DNA of 64,000 nt, taken from contig OZ244717.1 of NCBI GenBank assembly GCA_965218975.1, forward strand, positions 1,440,001 to 1,504,000, in the 5' to 3' direction. The translations under genes and the position numbers were made by a program. The notes beneath the pieces are model-generated. The model did no database searches. It saw only the letters and a program-made list of their open reading frames with translations, and was not told where the DNA came from. The first letter of the stretch is position 1. Every line of letters starts with the position of its first letter. Origin of the DNA: Candidatus Oxydemutatoraceae bacterium (GTDB taxonomy: Bacteria; Pseudomonadota; Gammaproteobacteria; Poriferisulfidales; Oxydemutatoraceae). This document shows positions 10,132 to 23,340 of the stretch, in pieces.

Positions 10132-11121
10132 ATGCCAGATATTACGAATTCTCTAGATTATCTTAGTTTTGAACAGCCGATATTCGAGCTTGAATCTAAG
10201 ATCAGAGAGTTGAAACGCTTGTCGCAAGAAGGACCGGAATATACTGCCTTGTCCGATGAAATTGAACGATTAAGCAGCAAGCGTGAAAAACTAAAAAAAT
10301 CAATCTATTCGTCATTGACCTCCTGGCAGATTTCACAGATGTCTCGTCATCCTCAACGCCCTTATATGCTGGATTACGTTCAACAATTGTTTGACGGTTT
10401 TGAAGAATTGCATGGCGATCGCGGCTATGCCGATGATCGCGCTATTATTGCCGGTATCGCAAAATTCAACCACTATCGAGTGGCATTGGTTGGGCATCAA
10501 AAAGGACGTAGCACCGCAGAGAAAGTGGAGCATAATTTCGGCATGGCGCGACCGGAAGGTTATCGCAAAGCAAAGCGCTTGTTTAAATTAGCAGAGAAAT
10601 TTCAATTGCCGGTATTGACTTTTATTGATACCCCCGGCGCTTATCCCGGGGTGGATGCCGAGGAACGCAATCAAAGCAATGCTATTGCAGAGAATTTGCG
10701 GACGTTGGCGGGGTTGAAAACGCCGATTATCAGCACTGTAACTGGCGAAGGCGGTTCCGGCGGCGCGTTGGCGATTGCCGTTTGTGATCGTTTGCTGATG
10801 CTACAGTACAGTACTTATTCTGTGATTTCTCCCGAAGGCTGCGCCTCGATTTTGTGGAAAGATGCAACAAAGATGTCTACGGCGGCAGAAGCGATGTGCA
10901 CCACTTCCGAACAATTGTCAAAACTAGGCCTGATTGATCGTGTGATTGAAGAACCGCTTGGTGGCGCGCATAATGATTTTCCCGCATTATGTGAGGCATT
11001 AAAGCGAATCATTGGTGATGAATTGCAGGTGTTATCACAATTAAAACCGGAAGAATTGCTGCAACAAAGGCACGACAGACTAGTCAACTTTGGCGCGACT
11101 GATTTTTGGAGTGACGGTTGA
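10132..11121 (+). CDS. accA: acetyl-CoA carboxylase carboxyltransferase alpha
   Basis: [39 protein letters not shown]. Confidence 0.98.
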   Translation: MPDITNSLDYLSFEQPIFELESKIRELKRLSQEGPEYTALSDEIERLSSKREKLKKSIYSSLTSWQISQMSRHPQRPYMLDYVQQLFDGFEELHGDRGYADDRAIIAGIAKFNHYRVALVGHQKGRSTAEKVEHNFGMARPEGYRKAKRLFKLAEKFQLPVLTFIDTPGAYPGVDAEERNQSNAIAENLRTLAGLKTPIISTVTGEGGSGGALAIAVCDRLLMLQYSTYSVISPEGCASILWKDATKMSTAAEAMCTTSEQLSKLGLIDRVIEEPLGGAHNDFPALCEALKRIIGDELQVLSQLKPEELLQQRHDRLVNFGATDFWSDG

Positions 11122-11156
11122 TTGTACGAATGCATAAATTTTGGACGGCTGGTTAA

Positions 11157-12458
11157 ATGAATGATTGTGCTCGAGAGATTAGCGCTGTATTACGCCATTT
11201 ACTTGACAAACTGGCCGACTCAAACAAGCCCCTGCGTATAATGATTGCATATAGCGGCGGATTGGATTCAACTGTGCTATTGCATACAGTTGTCCGAATA
11301 TTTCGTGAATCGGCAAGCTATTCGGAGATTCGTTCCATCGCAGCGCATATTAACCATGGTTTGCATGCTGCATCCGACCGGTGGGAACAGCATTGCCGCC
11401 GGGAGTGTCATTCACTTGATATTCAATTTTTAAGTGCGCGTATTCGGTCGGTTCGGCAACCCGGTCAAAGTTTGGAGGAGAGTGCGCGCATTTTTCGCTA
11501 CCGTACGCTACGGCAATGGCTTAAAGTAGGCGATGTAATGTTAACTGCACACCATCAGAATGATCAAGCAGAAACAGTATTGTTGCAAATGTTACGTGGC
11601 GCAGGCGTACAAGGTTTAGCGGCAATGCCGCAAGCAAAGTGCGACGAGGGTATTTATTTATTGCGTCCGATGCTAAGTTTGACCCGAGCGGAAATTTTGC
11701 ATTATGCGAATGCTCATCAACTGGCGTGGGTTGAAGACGTGACTAATAACGACCTTCGCTACGATCGCAATTACGTACGACACCGTGTCGTACCGGTGCT
11801 GAACGACCGCTGGCAAGGATGGTGTCGAACATTAAGCCGTACTGCCCGGCATCAAAGCGAAACAATTGGTTTATTAGATCGATACGCAAATCAATTAGCA
11901 GACCGATGTATCAATCGCGCGAATGTAATGAGCATTCAAGCAGCGCTACCGCTCACATTTACTGAGAAGAAATTGCTATTGCGATATTGGTTAAAACGGC
12001 AGAACTTGCCCTTACCAAGTGAAAAGCAGTTGCGCCACCTGTTAGAAATGTTTCTGACGCGATTATCTCAAGCAGGCGGTATAGTCAGTTGGAACGGGGT
12101 AGAAGTACGGCGTTATCGCGGCCACTTATTCGCGATGGCGCCATTACAGACAGTTTGCGGTATGCGATATAATACTTCGGAGTGGATTTGGTGGGCAAAT
12201 ACCGACTTGAGTTTGGCGGAAATTGATCTTCAATTATGTTGGCAAGTATTAGCAAAGCGTGCACCGGAGCTTGCCGATCAAAATTGCCTAACAGTGCGTT
12301 TTCGTCGCGGTGGCGAAAAATTTCGAAGGCAAAGTCGACGAGGTGTATATCATCAATCTCTGAAAAAATGGTTTCAGTCTGCCGGGATTCCGCCATGGAA
12401 GCGTGACTGTGCGCCGTTAATATATAGCGACGGCGAACTACGCTTGGTGTGGGTCTAA
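11157..12458 (+). CDS. tilS: tRNA(Ile)-lysidine synthetase
   Basis: AYSGGLDS PP-loop, HINHGL, TAHHQNDQAET, RNYVRH. Confidence 0.96.
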   Translation: MNDCAREISAVLRHLLDKLADSNKPLRIMIAYSGGLDSTVLLHTVVRIFRESASYSEIRSIAAHINHGLHAASDRWEQHCRRECHSLDIQFLSARIRSVRQPGQSLEESARIFRYRTLRQWLKVGDVMLTAHHQNDQAETVLLQMLRGAGVQGLAAMPQAKCDEGIYLLRPMLSLTRAEILHYANAHQLAWVEDVTNNDLRYDRNYVRHRVVPVLNDRWQGWCRTLSRTARHQSETIGLLDRYANQLADRCINRANVMSIQAALPLTFTEKKLLLRYWLKRQNLPLPSEKQLRHLLEMFLTRLSQAGGIVSWNGVEVRRYRGHLFAMAPLQTVCGMRYNTSEWIWWANTDLSLAEIDLQLCWQVLAKRAPELADQNCLTVRFRRGGEKFRRQSRRGVYHQSLKKWFQSAGIPPWKRDCAPLIYSDGELRLVWV

Positions 12459-12523
12459 AGCAAAATAATTTTATACACTAGGCAGTTGTACATTTATTTG
12501 CAGGTCTGGTCTTTTTTTGATAA

Positions 12524-14218
<1,695 letters not shown>

Positions 14219-14228
14219 TGGGAGCAAA

Positions 14229-15065
14229 GTGATCACGGTTCGCAATATTCCGGTGGGTTTTGAGCATCCGTTTGTATTGATTGCCGGGCCTTGTGTAATC
14301 GAAAATGAAACGCTTGCTTTGCGCAGTGCCGAAACTCTGAAAAAAATCACTGAAACGTTGCGGATACCTTTGATCTATAAATCATCTTTTGACAAAGCGA
14401 ATCGTTCATCGCATCAGAGCTTTCGCGGTGTTGGGATTACTAAAGGATTGGAGATTCTCGTTAAAGTGCGGAAAGAATTTGACTTAGCAGTTCTGACTGA
14501 CGTGCATGAAGATACTCCCTTGGATGAAGTTTCCGAAGTGGTTGATGTGATGCAAACTCCTGCATTTTTATGTCGGCAAACGAATTTTATCCAAAACGTT
14601 GCACGCTATAAGAAGCCGATTAACGTTAAAAAAGGCCAATTTCTTTCACCTATGGAAATGAATAATGTCGTGGAAAAGGCACGTGCAGTCGGCAATCAAA
14701 CTATTATGGTTTGTGAGAGAGGTTTTGTTTTCGGATACAATAATTTGGTCTCGGATATGCGATCGCTGGTCGTGATGCGTAATACCCAATGTCCGGTGGT
14801 GTTTGACGCAACTCATTCGGTACAGCTGCCGGGTAGCGGAGGGATGGTCTCTGCCGGGCAACGTGAGTTTGTACCGGTATTGGCGCGCGCTGCGATCGCA
14901 TCAGGTATCGCTGGTTTATTCGCAGAAATGCATCCCGACCCCGATCACGCACTAAGTGACGGGGCTAATGCCTGGCCATTAGATCAGGCGGAATTTTTAC
15001 TCGCCGGTTTGAAACAAATTGATCAGGTTGTGAAAGCGGGAATGCTTCGTGTGGACCCTGATTGA
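14229..15065 (+). CDS. kdsA: KDO8P synthase
   Basis: [29 protein letters not shown]. Confidence 0.98.
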   Translation: MITVRNIPVGFEHPFVLIAGPCVIENETLALRSAETLKKITETLRIPLIYKSSFDKANRSSHQSFRGVGITKGLEILVKVRKEFDLAVLTDVHEDTPLDEVSEVVDVMQTPAFLCRQTNFIQNVARYKKPINVKKGQFLSPMEMNNVVEKARAVGNQTIMVCERGFVFGYNNLVSDMRSLVVMRNTQCPVVFDATHSVQLPGSGGMVSAGQREFVPVLARAAIASGIAGLFAEMHPDPDHALSDGANAWPLDQAEFLLAGLKQIDQVVKAGMLRVDPD

Positions 15066-15086
15066 ACCTAAGGATAATGACATTAA

Positions 15087-16382
15087 ATGGGCAAAATTAC
15101 CCAAGTCAAAGGACGTGAAATTATTGATTCGCGCGGCAATCCGACTGTCGAAGCCGATGTTTATGTGGAAAGAAATTATTTCGGACGTGCGGCGGTTCCT
15201 TCAGGTGCGTCAACAGGTTCACTCGAGGCGGTTGAATTGCGTGATGGTGATGCGACACGATTTGATCGAAAAGGTGTGCGGCAGGCGGTGGAAGGAATCA
15301 ACACTGAGATTTGTAACCGGCTCGTTGGCTGTGAAGCGATTGAGCAAAGTGTAATTGATGGATATTTGATTGAGTTAGATGGTACTCCGAATAAAGCGCG
15401 TCTAGGTGCGAATGCGTTACTTGCCGTTTCATTAGCAACGGCAAAAGCGGCAGCGCATTCACGGAATCAGCCCTTATATGATTATCTGAATCAAGGTATG
15501 AGTATGGGTAGTATGTGTTTGCCGACGCCGATGATTAACGTATTAAATGGCGGCGCACATGCGAGCAATAGCACTGATTTCCAAGAGTTTATGGTAGTGC
15601 CGCTTGGCATGTCTGATATTTGTGAAGCGATTCGTGCCGGTTCTGAAATTTTTCAGTCCTTAAAAGTGGTTCTCAAAAAAAGCGGGTACGTTACAACTGT
15701 CGGAGACGAAGGCGGGTTCGCTCCGAACTTGAAATCGAACGAAGCGGCAGTCGAACTACTATTAGAAGCAATTAACCACACAGACTATGTAGTGGGGAAA
15801 GATGTTTATTTAGCGTTGGATATTGCGGCTACTGAACTGTACCATAAACGATACTATTATTTGAAATCTGAAAAACGCAAGTTAGAAATGGTTGAGCTAA
15901 TTGAGTTGTATCAAAAATGGATTGACCGATATCCGATCATCTCGATTGAAGACGGACTTGCAGAAGACGATTGGGATGGGTGGCAAGAAATGACTCGGCG
16001 GATTGGCGATCAAGTACAACTAGTCGGTGATGATTTATTTGTAACAAACGTCGTGCAAGTTGAAAAAGGCATTCGGTTGGGTGTGGCAAACTCCGTGTTG
16101 ATAAAAGTAAATCAAATTGGAACATTGACCGAAACTTTGAATGCGATTCGCAAAGCGCAATCTGCCGGTTACTCATGTATTATTTCGCACCGGTCGGGAG
16201 AAACCGAAGATACCACTATTGCCGATCTTGCTGTCGCTACCGGCGTCGGACAGATTAAGACCGGCTCTTTATCACGTAGCGATCGCGTGGCTAAGTATAA
16301 TCAACTGATTCGTATACATGAAGAATTGGGCATAGAAAGCCGCTATGCAGGTAGCAGCATGTTCAAATCTTTAGCGTTTTAA
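15087..16382 (+). CDS. eno: enolase
   Basis: [28 protein letters not shown]. Confidence 0.99.
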   Translation: MGKITQVKGREIIDSRGNPTVEADVYVERNYFGRAAVPSGASTGSLEAVELRDGDATRFDRKGVRQAVEGINTEICNRLVGCEAIEQSVIDGYLIELDGTPNKARLGANALLAVSLATAKAAAHSRNQPLYDYLNQGMSMGSMCLPTPMINVLNGGAHASNSTDFQEFMVVPLGMSDICEAIRAGSEIFQSLKVVLKKSGYVTTVGDEGGFAPNLKSNEAAVELLLEAINHTDYVVGKDVYLALDIAATELYHKRYYYLKSEKRKLEMVELIELYQKWIDRYPIISIEDGLAEDDWDGWQEMTRRIGDQVQLVGDDLFVTNVVQVEKGIRLGVANSVLIKVNQIGTLTETLNAIRKAQSAGYSCIISHRSGETEDTTIADLAVATGVGQIKTGSLSRSDRVAKYNQLIRIHEELGIESRYAGSSMFKSLAF

Positions 16383-16386
16383 TTCG

Positions 16387-16677
16387 ATGCGTTATCGTCT
16401 TGCTATTTTCTTATTGATTGCTTTATTAATTCCATTGCAATTTTCTTTATGGGGCAAAGATGGATGGTTTCGTCTGAAAAATTTAACGCAATTCATTGCT
16501 GAACAGCGTAGAGAAAACGAACAAATGAAACAGCGTAATAGGCTATTGATGAACGAGGCTGACGATTTGAAATCCGGTAGCGCAGCGATGGAAGAGTTGG
16601 CGCGTGAAAAGTTGGAAATGATTAAGCGTGATGAAGTTTTATTCCGTCTTATTCGTCATTCGCGGGATAGTGAATAA
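16387..16677 (+). CDS. ftsB: cell division protein FtsB
   Basis: N-terminal TM, LWG..G, coiled coil, EELARE.LEMIK; lies between eno and ispD. Confidence 0.92.
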   Translation: MRYRLAIFLLIALLIPLQFSLWGKDGWFRLKNLTQFIAEQRRENEQMKQRNRLLMNEADDLKSGSAAMEELAREKLEMIKRDEVLFRLIRHSRDSE

Positions 16678-16682
16678 ACATA

Positions 16683-17408
16683 TTGGCCGAAGCAATGAAA
16701 TATTGGGGAATTTTACCGGCAGCAGGCAGCGGTAGTCGGTTGACAAAAAATTGGCCGAAACAATATTGCAAAATTAACGGGCGATATATAATTGATTATA
16801 GTTTGACCGCATTACTTTCACATCCGCTGATAAAAACTATTGTTGTTAGTCTGAAAAAAAATGATCCGTACTGGCATCAGTCCGAATACGCACAAGACTC
16901 GCGGATATGGGTTTGTCAAGGTGGAGTGCGTCGTGAACATTCGGTTTGGTCTGCAATGCGGTTCTTGCAAGCGCACTGTGGCTCGGATGATTGGGTGTTG
17001 ATACACGATGCGGCGCGCCCTTGCTTGAGTGCAGAAGACTTAACTTTGTTGATTATATCGTTGCAGGACGATTCGGTCGGCGGAATTCTAGCACAGACTA
17101 ACACTGATGCAATTAAACGAGCGGCGACGGATGGTACTATCGAACAGTCTTTAAACCGTTGCGTACTTTATCAAGCCCAGACTCCGCAGATGTTTCGCTA
17201 CCAATTACTTTTCAGCGCGTTAGAAAATATTATAAAAAAAGATATTTCGATTGATGATGAGGCGGTGGCAATGGAGTTGGTACAACATCGTGTGCATTTG
17301 GTCAAAGGAAGAGGATTTAATGTTAAGGTAACCTACCCATCGGATCTTATCTCTGCTAAAGCGTGGCTTGACCATGCTGCACGACTTGCTACAAAGGTAG
17401 GATCATGA
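16683..17408 (+). CDS. ispD: 2-C-methyl-D-erythritol 4-phosphate cytidylyltransferase
   Basis: PAAGSGSR, PKQY, IHDAARP, QTPQ, NVKVTYPSDL. Confidence 0.96.
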   Translation: MAEAMKYWGILPAAGSGSRLTKNWPKQYCKINGRYIIDYSLTALLSHPLIKTIVVSLKKNDPYWHQSEYAQDSRIWVCQGGVRREHSVWSAMRFLQAHCGSDDWVLIHDAARPCLSAEDLTLLIISLQDDSVGGILAQTNTDAIKRAATDGTIEQSLNRCVLYQAQTPQMFRYQLLFSALENIIKKDISIDDEAVAMELVQHRVHLVKGRGFNVKVTYPSDLISAKAWLDHAARLATKVGS

Positions 17409-17896
17409 TGCGAGTGGGCACCGGATTTGATGCTCATGCGTTTATTAAAGGCGGTAAGAACATTATTCTCGGCGGAGCTGCAATCCCGCATACGGCGGCA
17501 ATTGATGCACATTCTGACGGCGATGTTTTGTTGCATGCGTTATGCGATGCTCTGCTAGGCGCCGCCGCTTGTGGTGATATTGGGCAATGGTTTCCGGAGA
17601 CGGTGGAATATCAAGATATTGATAGCTCCGTTTTTGTACAAAAGACCATGCAAATTATTACGGGGAAGTTTTGGGTGCCGATCAATGTTGATTCGGTGAT
17701 TATCGCCCAGGCACCTAAATTGCAACCGTTTATCGGCAAAATGCGCAAACAAGTCGGAATGCTGCTCAATCTTGATTTGAATTGCGTTAGTATCAAGGCG
17801 AGCACTACGGATCATTTAGGGTTCATCGGACGCAATGAAGGAATCGCAGCCATTGCATCTGTTTTATTGCAACAAAAAAATAACCATACTTACTGA
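17405..17896 (+). CDS. ispF: 2-C-methyl-D-erythritol 2,4-cyclodiphosphate synthase
   Basis: GFDAH, HSDGDVLLHA, GDIG.WFP. Confidence 0.96.
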   Translation: MMRVGTGFDAHAFIKGGKNIILGGAAIPHTAAIDAHSDGDVLLHALCDALLGAAACGDIGQWFPETVEYQDIDSSVFVQKTMQIITGKFWVPINVDSVIIAQAPKLQPFIGKMRKQVGMLLNLDLNCVSIKASTTDHLGFIGRNEGIAAIASVLLQQKNNHTY

Positions 17897-17899
17897 CGA

Positions 17900-19822
17900 A
17901 TGGAGACATGTAACGCGGAAACTTTTGTCGAACATTGTGAGGCTGTCTTATCAGCCGGCGGTCCTGTGGCGAAATGTATTGATAATTTTCGCAGCCGTAA
18001 ACAACAGATCAAAATGACCCGATACGTTTCGGAGTCTATTGCACATAAAAAAACATTAGTAGTTGAAGCCGGAACAGGAGTCGGTAAAACATTTGCTTAC
18101 TTGGTGCCGGCGCTGTTATCGGGTAAGAAGATTGTTATTTCGACCGGCACACGCTATTTACAGGATCAGATTTATCACAAAGATTTGCCAGCGGTGCTGC
18201 AAGCTTTGCAATTACATCATACTGCCGCATTATTAAAAGGTAGGGCAAACTATCTTTGCCTTGAAAGGCTGGATTGGCAATGGCGCAACCCCGATCTTGA
18301 AAAAAAATATCGCGATCAAGTTACCCGCATATATGATTGGTCACAAGTAACAAAAGACGGTGATATTAACGGGTTTCAATCGCTTGCTGAAAGTGACCCG
18401 ATCTGGCAGTCGTTTACTTCAACTGTAGAAAACTGTCTTGGCAGTAAATGCCCACATTACGATGGCTGTTTTGTTGCAAAAGCGCGTAAACGAGCGCTCA
18501 AAGCAGACATTGTGATTGTGAATCATTATTTGCTGCTTGCCGATATGACACTGAAAGACACTGGATTCGGTCAGTTGCTTCCGTCAATTGACACAGTGAT
18601 TGTCGATGAAGCGCATCAATTGGATGAGGTTGCCGATTATTTTTTCTGCGAGAGTATCGGCAGCCGGCAGATTGAAAGTTTGCTGATCGATCTTGAACAC
18701 ATCAAAGAATATCGTCAAGCACCGGCGCTGAAACGATCTACTGAAACACTGCGTATGACGGCGCAAAAATTATTGTCGGCGATGGCGGACTCCCCGTCAC
18801 GTGCAAATGTTCAAACATTAGAGGCTTCCAATGCAATTACAAGTACAAAAAATGCGCTTTATGATGCATTAAAAGAACTAGTCGAACAACTGAAAGTACA
18901 CAACGAGAGGAGTGAGGTTTTAAATAATTGCGATATGCGAGCGCTCAAACTGATGGATAATTTAAAAGAAGTTTTTACTAACAATAATGACACGATTAGT
19001 TGGTATCAGCGTGAGAAACAATCATTTCGCTTCTATATCAGTCGAGTGGATATTTCACCGCTGCTGAAAGAAAAATATGCGCTCTATGATGCAAACTGGA
19101 TCTATACGTCGGCAACTTTAGCTGTGAACGGCAGTTTTAATTGTATCTGTAGAAAACTCGGTGTAAGTGAGAATGAAGATTGCATACAGTTGGATAACCC
19201 GTTTGATTTTTCCAAGCAAGCTGCGCTTTATTTGCCGCAAGATTTACCGGACCCGAATGATCCTGATCATACTGAACGTTTTATCGAAGCAAGTTATGAT
19301 TTGTTGGATATGGCAAACGGGCACGCTTTGTACTTGTTTACTAGCCATCGCGCTTTGCGCAGCGCCGCAAAAAAGTTACGAGCAGAGAAGGATTTTATAT
19401 TGTTTATTCAAGGAGATATGCCGAAATTAAAGTTAGTTGAATCCTTTTGCACACAGCCAGGAAGTTTATTGCTCGGTACTGCAAGTTTCTGGGAAGGAAT
19501 GGATGTGCGTGGCGCCGGATTGCATTGTGTAATGATTGATCGCTTGCCATTCGGGAAGCCTGATGACCCTTTGATGCAAGGGCGTCACCGGGTTGTACAA
19601 GAACGAGGCGGTAATTTTTTTACCGAGACAATACTACCGACAGCAGTGGTTTCTTTACGCCAAGGGGTCGGTAGGTTGATTCGAGATGAATCCGATAAAG
19701 GAGTCGTCATGCTTGGCGATATTCGGCTACGAACAAAAAGTTACGGCAAAGTATTTTTACGCAGCTTACCGCCGATGAAGTGTTACACCGATATTGTCTC
19801 ATTACGGCCTTATTTGCAATGA
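17900..19822 (+). CDS. yoaA: DinG/YoaA-family Fe-S DNA helicase
   Basis: EAGTGVGKT, KGRANYLC, Cys cluster, VDEAH, FWEG.D, RQGVGRLIR; yoaA-tsaB synteny. Confidence 0.9.
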   Translation: METCNAETFVEHCEAVLSAGGPVAKCIDNFRSRKQQIKMTRYVSESIAHKKTLVVEAGTGVGKTFAYLVPALLSGKKIVISTGTRYLQDQIYHKDLPAVLQALQLHHTAALLKGRANYLCLERLDWQWRNPDLEKKYRDQVTRIYDWSQVTKDGDINGFQSLAESDPIWQSFTSTVENCLGSKCPHYDGCFVAKARKRALKADIVIVNHYLLLADMTLKDTGFGQLLPSIDTVIVDEAHQLDEVADYFFCESIGSRQIESLLIDLEHIKEYRQAPALKRSTETLRMTAQKLLSAMADSPSRANVQTLEASNAITSTKNALYDALKELVEQLKVHNERSEVLNNCDMRALKLMDNLKEVFTNNNDTISWYQREKQSFRFYISRVDISPLLKEKYALYDANWIYTSATLAVNGSFNCICRKLGVSENEDCIQLDNPFDFSKQAALYLPQDLPDPNDPDHTERFIEASYDLLDMANGHALYLFTSHRALRSAAKKLRAEKDFILFIQGDMPKLKLVESFCTQPGSLLLGTASFWEGMDVRGAGLHCVMIDRLPFGKPDDPLMQGRHRVVQERGGNFFTETILPTAVVSLRQGVGRLIRDESDKGVVMLGDIRLRTKSYGKVFLRSLPPMKCYTDIVSLRPYLQ

Positions 19823-20478
19823 ATATATTGGCGACAGATACTGCGACCGAAGCGTGTTCTGCCGCTTTACTGTGCGGTGAGGAAGTTTTGAGTAAATTTG
19901 AAATCGCACCGCGGCAGCACAATCGTTTATTGTTTGAAATGTGTAAAGAATTGTTTGCTTCTGCCGGAATTACCGCCAGTCAGCTTGATGCGATAGCTTT
20001 TGGGCGAGGTCCCGGAACCTTTGTCGGAGTCCGTGTTGCAGCACTGTTCACTCAAGGCATCGCTTTTATCCATGATTTACCAGTAGTGACCGTCTCTGAC
20101 TTGCATGTTTTAGCACAGATGGCATTGAATCAATCTGACGCGGACCGAGTTTTAGTAACATTGGATGCAAGAATGGGGGAAATTTATTATGGCTATTTCC
20201 ATCGCCAAAATAGGTCGCAAGTTTGTTTGGAAGGAGAAGAAGCAGTGATCGCATCAAACGCATTGACATTGGCCGAGTTTGACGGAGCAATTTGCGGCGA
20301 TGGCATATCGGCTTGTCTGAAAGATCAGAAACATAATATTACATTATTAGAGAATATCGTATTCCCGGATGCGAAAACAATACTAACAATTGCTCAAGAG
20401 GCGATTGCTGCGGGGCGTACACTTTCCGCTGAACAAGCCTTACCGGTTTATTTACGTCATCCGGTGATGCGCAAATGA
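19819..20478 (+). CDS. tsaB: t6A biosynthesis protein TsaB
   Basis: MNILATDTATEACS, GPGTFVGVR, DARMGE, PVYLR; ATGA overlap with the helicase. Confidence 0.95.
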   Translation: MNILATDTATEACSAALLCGEEVLSKFEIAPRQHNRLLFEMCKELFASAGITASQLDAIAFGRGPGTFVGVRVAALFTQGIAFIHDLPVVTVSDLHVLAQMALNQSDADRVLVTLDARMGEIYYGYFHRQNRSQVCLEGEEAVIASNALTLAEFDGAICGDGISACLKDQKHNITLLENIVFPDAKTILTIAQEAIAAGRTLSAEQALPVYLRHPVMRK

Positions 20479-20491
20479 TCTTTATAAATTT

Positions 20492-23320
20492 TCATTGTTT
20501 CATTCCGATAAGCTGCTTTTTCAAAGCAACATGTTGCGTCGCAAGTGTATCTGCTTGTTGTCTCGTTCGCTCAATAACTTCAATAGCAGCATGGTCGATA
20601 AAATTTTGACTTGCCAAGCGCTTACGGGTGCTATTTAGATTTTTTCGAATTTTTGTGATCTCTTTTTCAAGACGTTTAATTTCCGCATCGATATCGATCA
20701 GATTTTTAGCTGGAACCAGTATGTGAAGTTTGTGATGTACGGCAATTGCTGCAGTAGGGGGGGGGGCTCGTTCATCTAGCCACCGGATGCGGTCGAAATC
20801 CAGTTTGGCAAGTTGAACGATAAATTCTTGGTATTGATTGAAGTATGATTGGTCTTTTTGGGTATGGAATTGAAGTTTTAATGGAATCTTTGCGGCCGGT
20901 GAGATGTTCATCGTAGAGCGAATCCGACGAATATGTCCGATAAATTCCTTAAGCCAAATCACTTCTTCGGTTAAGCGATGCGGTTGAGAGTGATTTGTCT
21001 TTTCTGTGCCGAGTTTGGGTTCTATCTCGCCAATATTGTTTCGCAAACTGCGAAATTCTTTTTCGGTCGGGTAAGGACGTTGCTGTAAAAATTCTTCTCC
21101 GATATTTCCGATCGGTCCTTCTCGTTTTAGTTCTTGCCACAACTCTTCGGTTAAGAAAGGAATGAACGGATGGAGAAATCGCAGTATGGCTTCCAGCGTT
21201 TGCACCTGGCAGTGTTGGTTAACTTTTTTTGCTCGGGCATTATCAGAGCTTTGAATAACCTTGCAGAATTCCAAATACCAATCGCAGTAATCATGCCAAA
21301 CAAATTCGTACAGGGCATGAGTCGCCAAATCGAAGCGATAGTCGGAAAAGCACTTCGTCAAATCTTGTGTCAATTTTTCCATTTGGTAGCGTATCCATAA
21401 ATCAACCGGTTCATTTGACGAACTTGAAGCTTGTTGCGTCTCCACACAATTTGTCACTACGTAGCGTGCAGCGTTCCAAAGTTTGTTGCAAAAGTTTCGG
21501 TAGCCTTCAATGCGTTTGAATTCAAAGCGGATATCACGGTTATTGTTTGCCATAGCCATAAAGCTAAGGCGCAATGCGTCGGTACCATAGGCGGGAATTC
21601 CATTGGGAAACTGTTGACGTGTTTTCTTTTCGGCATGCTCGCGCATATGGGGTTGCATTAAAGCGCTGAGTCGCTTCCTAAGCAAATCGTCGAGTGAAAT
21701 ACCATCAATCAAGTCAATCGGGTCCAAAGTATTGCCTTTGGATTTAGACATCTTTTTGCCTTCACTGTCAAGAATTAAACCGTGTACGTAAACCTGTTTA
21801 AACGGCGCTTTCCCGGTGCATTCCAATCCCAACATAATCATTCGTGCAACCCAAAAGAAAATAATGTCGAACCCGGTAACTAACACACTAGTCGGATAAA
21901 AGCGTTTCATTTCATCGGTTTCTTCCGGCCAGCCTAAGGTAGAAAACGGCCAAAGCGCAGAAGAAAACCAAGTATCCAACACATCTTCATCTTGGCGTAA
22001 TGACATATTCGAGTGCAGGTGATTATTTGCCCGGACCTGTTCTTCGGATTCGCCGACATAACAATTACCTTGATCATCGTACCATGCCGGAATACGATGT
22101 CCCCACCATAATTGACGACTGATACACCAATCTTGAATTCGGTTCATCCATTCAAAGTATGTTTTTTCCCAATGTTTAGGCACAAATCGGATCGCTCCGT
22201 TTTTTACCGCGTCGCACGCTTTTTCTGCTAACGGTTCAACTTTGACAAACCACTGGTCGGTGAGCAAAGGTTCAATAATTTCTCCCGATCGGTCGCCGCG
22301 TGGGATCATGATTCTGCGTTGCTCGGTTTTAACTAATAGATTTTGTTCAGCCAAATCTTTTAGCACTTTTTTTCGCGCGGCAATGCGATTTAATCCACGA
22401 TAAGCTACGGGAACCGCGCCGTTTAATGAAGCGTCAGGATTCATAATATTGATCAATGGGAGCTCGTGTCGTTGTCCGATAATGTAGTCGTTAAAATCAT
22501 GTGCCGGGGTGATTTTGACGCATCCGGAACCAAACTCAGGGTCAACATACGAATCGCCGATGACTGGAATTTCGCGTTCGGTTAGCGGCAATGCAATCGT
22601 TTTGCCGATGAACTTCTGATAGCGAATATCATCAGGATGTGCCATGACGGCAGTATCACCGAACATGGTTTCGGGACGAGTGGTGGCAACGACGACGCTA
22701 TCGTTGCTATTCTTGGCAGGATAGCGTATATACCAGAGGTGCCCGTTTTCTTCTTGTGATAGTACCTCTAAGTCGGAAACTGCCGTTTGCAATACCGGGT
22801 CCCAGTTGACTAGCTTCTTGCCACGATAAATTAATGACTTTTCATATAAATCTATAAATACTTTTGTTACAACGCGGGACATGTCGGGATCTAAGGTAAA
22901 GCGTTCCCGCGACCAATCGAAAGATGCCCCTAGGCGGCATAGCTGCTTTTGAATCATCCCCCCGGATTGTTCTTTCCATTCCCATACTTTATCGATAAAT
23001 TTTCTCCTGCCAAGCGATTGACGAGTTTGATTCTGTGCTTCGAGCTGGCGCTCGACAACCATTTGTGTCGCAATGCCGGCATGATCAATACCTAGTTGCC
23101 ACAGCGCGTCAAAACCTAGCATTCTGTGATAACGAATCAAACAGTCCATAACCGTGCTCTGAAAAGCGTGTCCCATGTGCAAAGTCCCGGTAACGTTTGG
23201 AGGGGGAAGGATGATACAGTAGCCATCTTTATCGTTATTTTTTAGCCTAAAAAGACCTTTATCTAAAGCTTTTTGATAATTCCTGCGCTCGATTTTTTCA
23301 GGCACATAAATTTTTTCCAT
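20492..23320 (-). CDS. valS: valine--tRNA ligase
   Basis: PPPNVTGTLHMGH, KMSKS, DWCISRQLWWGH, C-terminal coiled coil. Confidence 0.99.
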   Translation of the reverse strand: MEKIYVPEKIERRNYQKALDKGLFRLKNNDKDGYCIILPPPNVTGTLHMGHAFQSTVMDCLIRYHRMLGFDALWQLGIDHAGIATQMVVERQLEAQNQTRQSLGRRKFIDKVWEWKEQSGGMIQKQLCRLGASFDWSRERFTLDPDMSRVVTKVFIDLYEKSLIYRGKKLVNWDPVLQTAVSDLEVLSQEENGHLWYIRYPAKNSNDSVVVATTRPETMFGDTAVMAHPDDIRYQKFIGKTIALPLTEREIPVIGDSYVDPEFGSGCVKITPAHDFNDYIIGQRHELPLINIMNPDASLNGAVPVAYRGLNRIAARKKVLKDLAEQNLLVKTEQRRIMIPRGDRSGEIIEPLLTDQWFVKVEPLAEKACDAVKNGAIRFVPKHWEKTYFEWMNRIQDWCISRQLWWGHRIPAWYDDQGNCYVGESEEQVRANNHLHSNMSLRQDEDVLDTWFSSALWPFSTLGWPEETDEMKRFYPTSVLVTGFDIIFFWVARMIMLGLECTGKAPFKQVYVHGLILDSEGKKMSKSKGNTLDPIDLIDGISLDDLLRKRLSALMQPHMREHAEKKTRQQFPNGIPAYGTDALRLSFMAMANNNRDIRFEFKRIEGYRNFCNKLWNAARYVVTNCVETQQASSSSNEPVDLWIRYQMEKLTQDLTKCFSDYRFDLATHALYEFVWHDYCDWYLEFCKVIQSSDNARAKKVNQHCQVQTLEAILRFLHPFIPFLTEELWQELKREGPIGNIGEEFLQQRPYPTEKEFRSLRNNIGEIEPKLGTEKTNHSQPHRLTEEVIWLKEFIGHIRRIRSTMNISPAAKIPLKLQFHTQKDQSYFNQYQEFIVQLAKLDFDRIRWLDERAPPPTAAIAVHHKLHILVPAKNLIDIDAEIKRLEKEITKIRKNLNSTRKRLASQNFIDHAAIEVIERTRQQADTLATQHVALKKQLIGMKQ

Positions 23321-23340
23321 TGGACTAGAAAATTGAAAAG

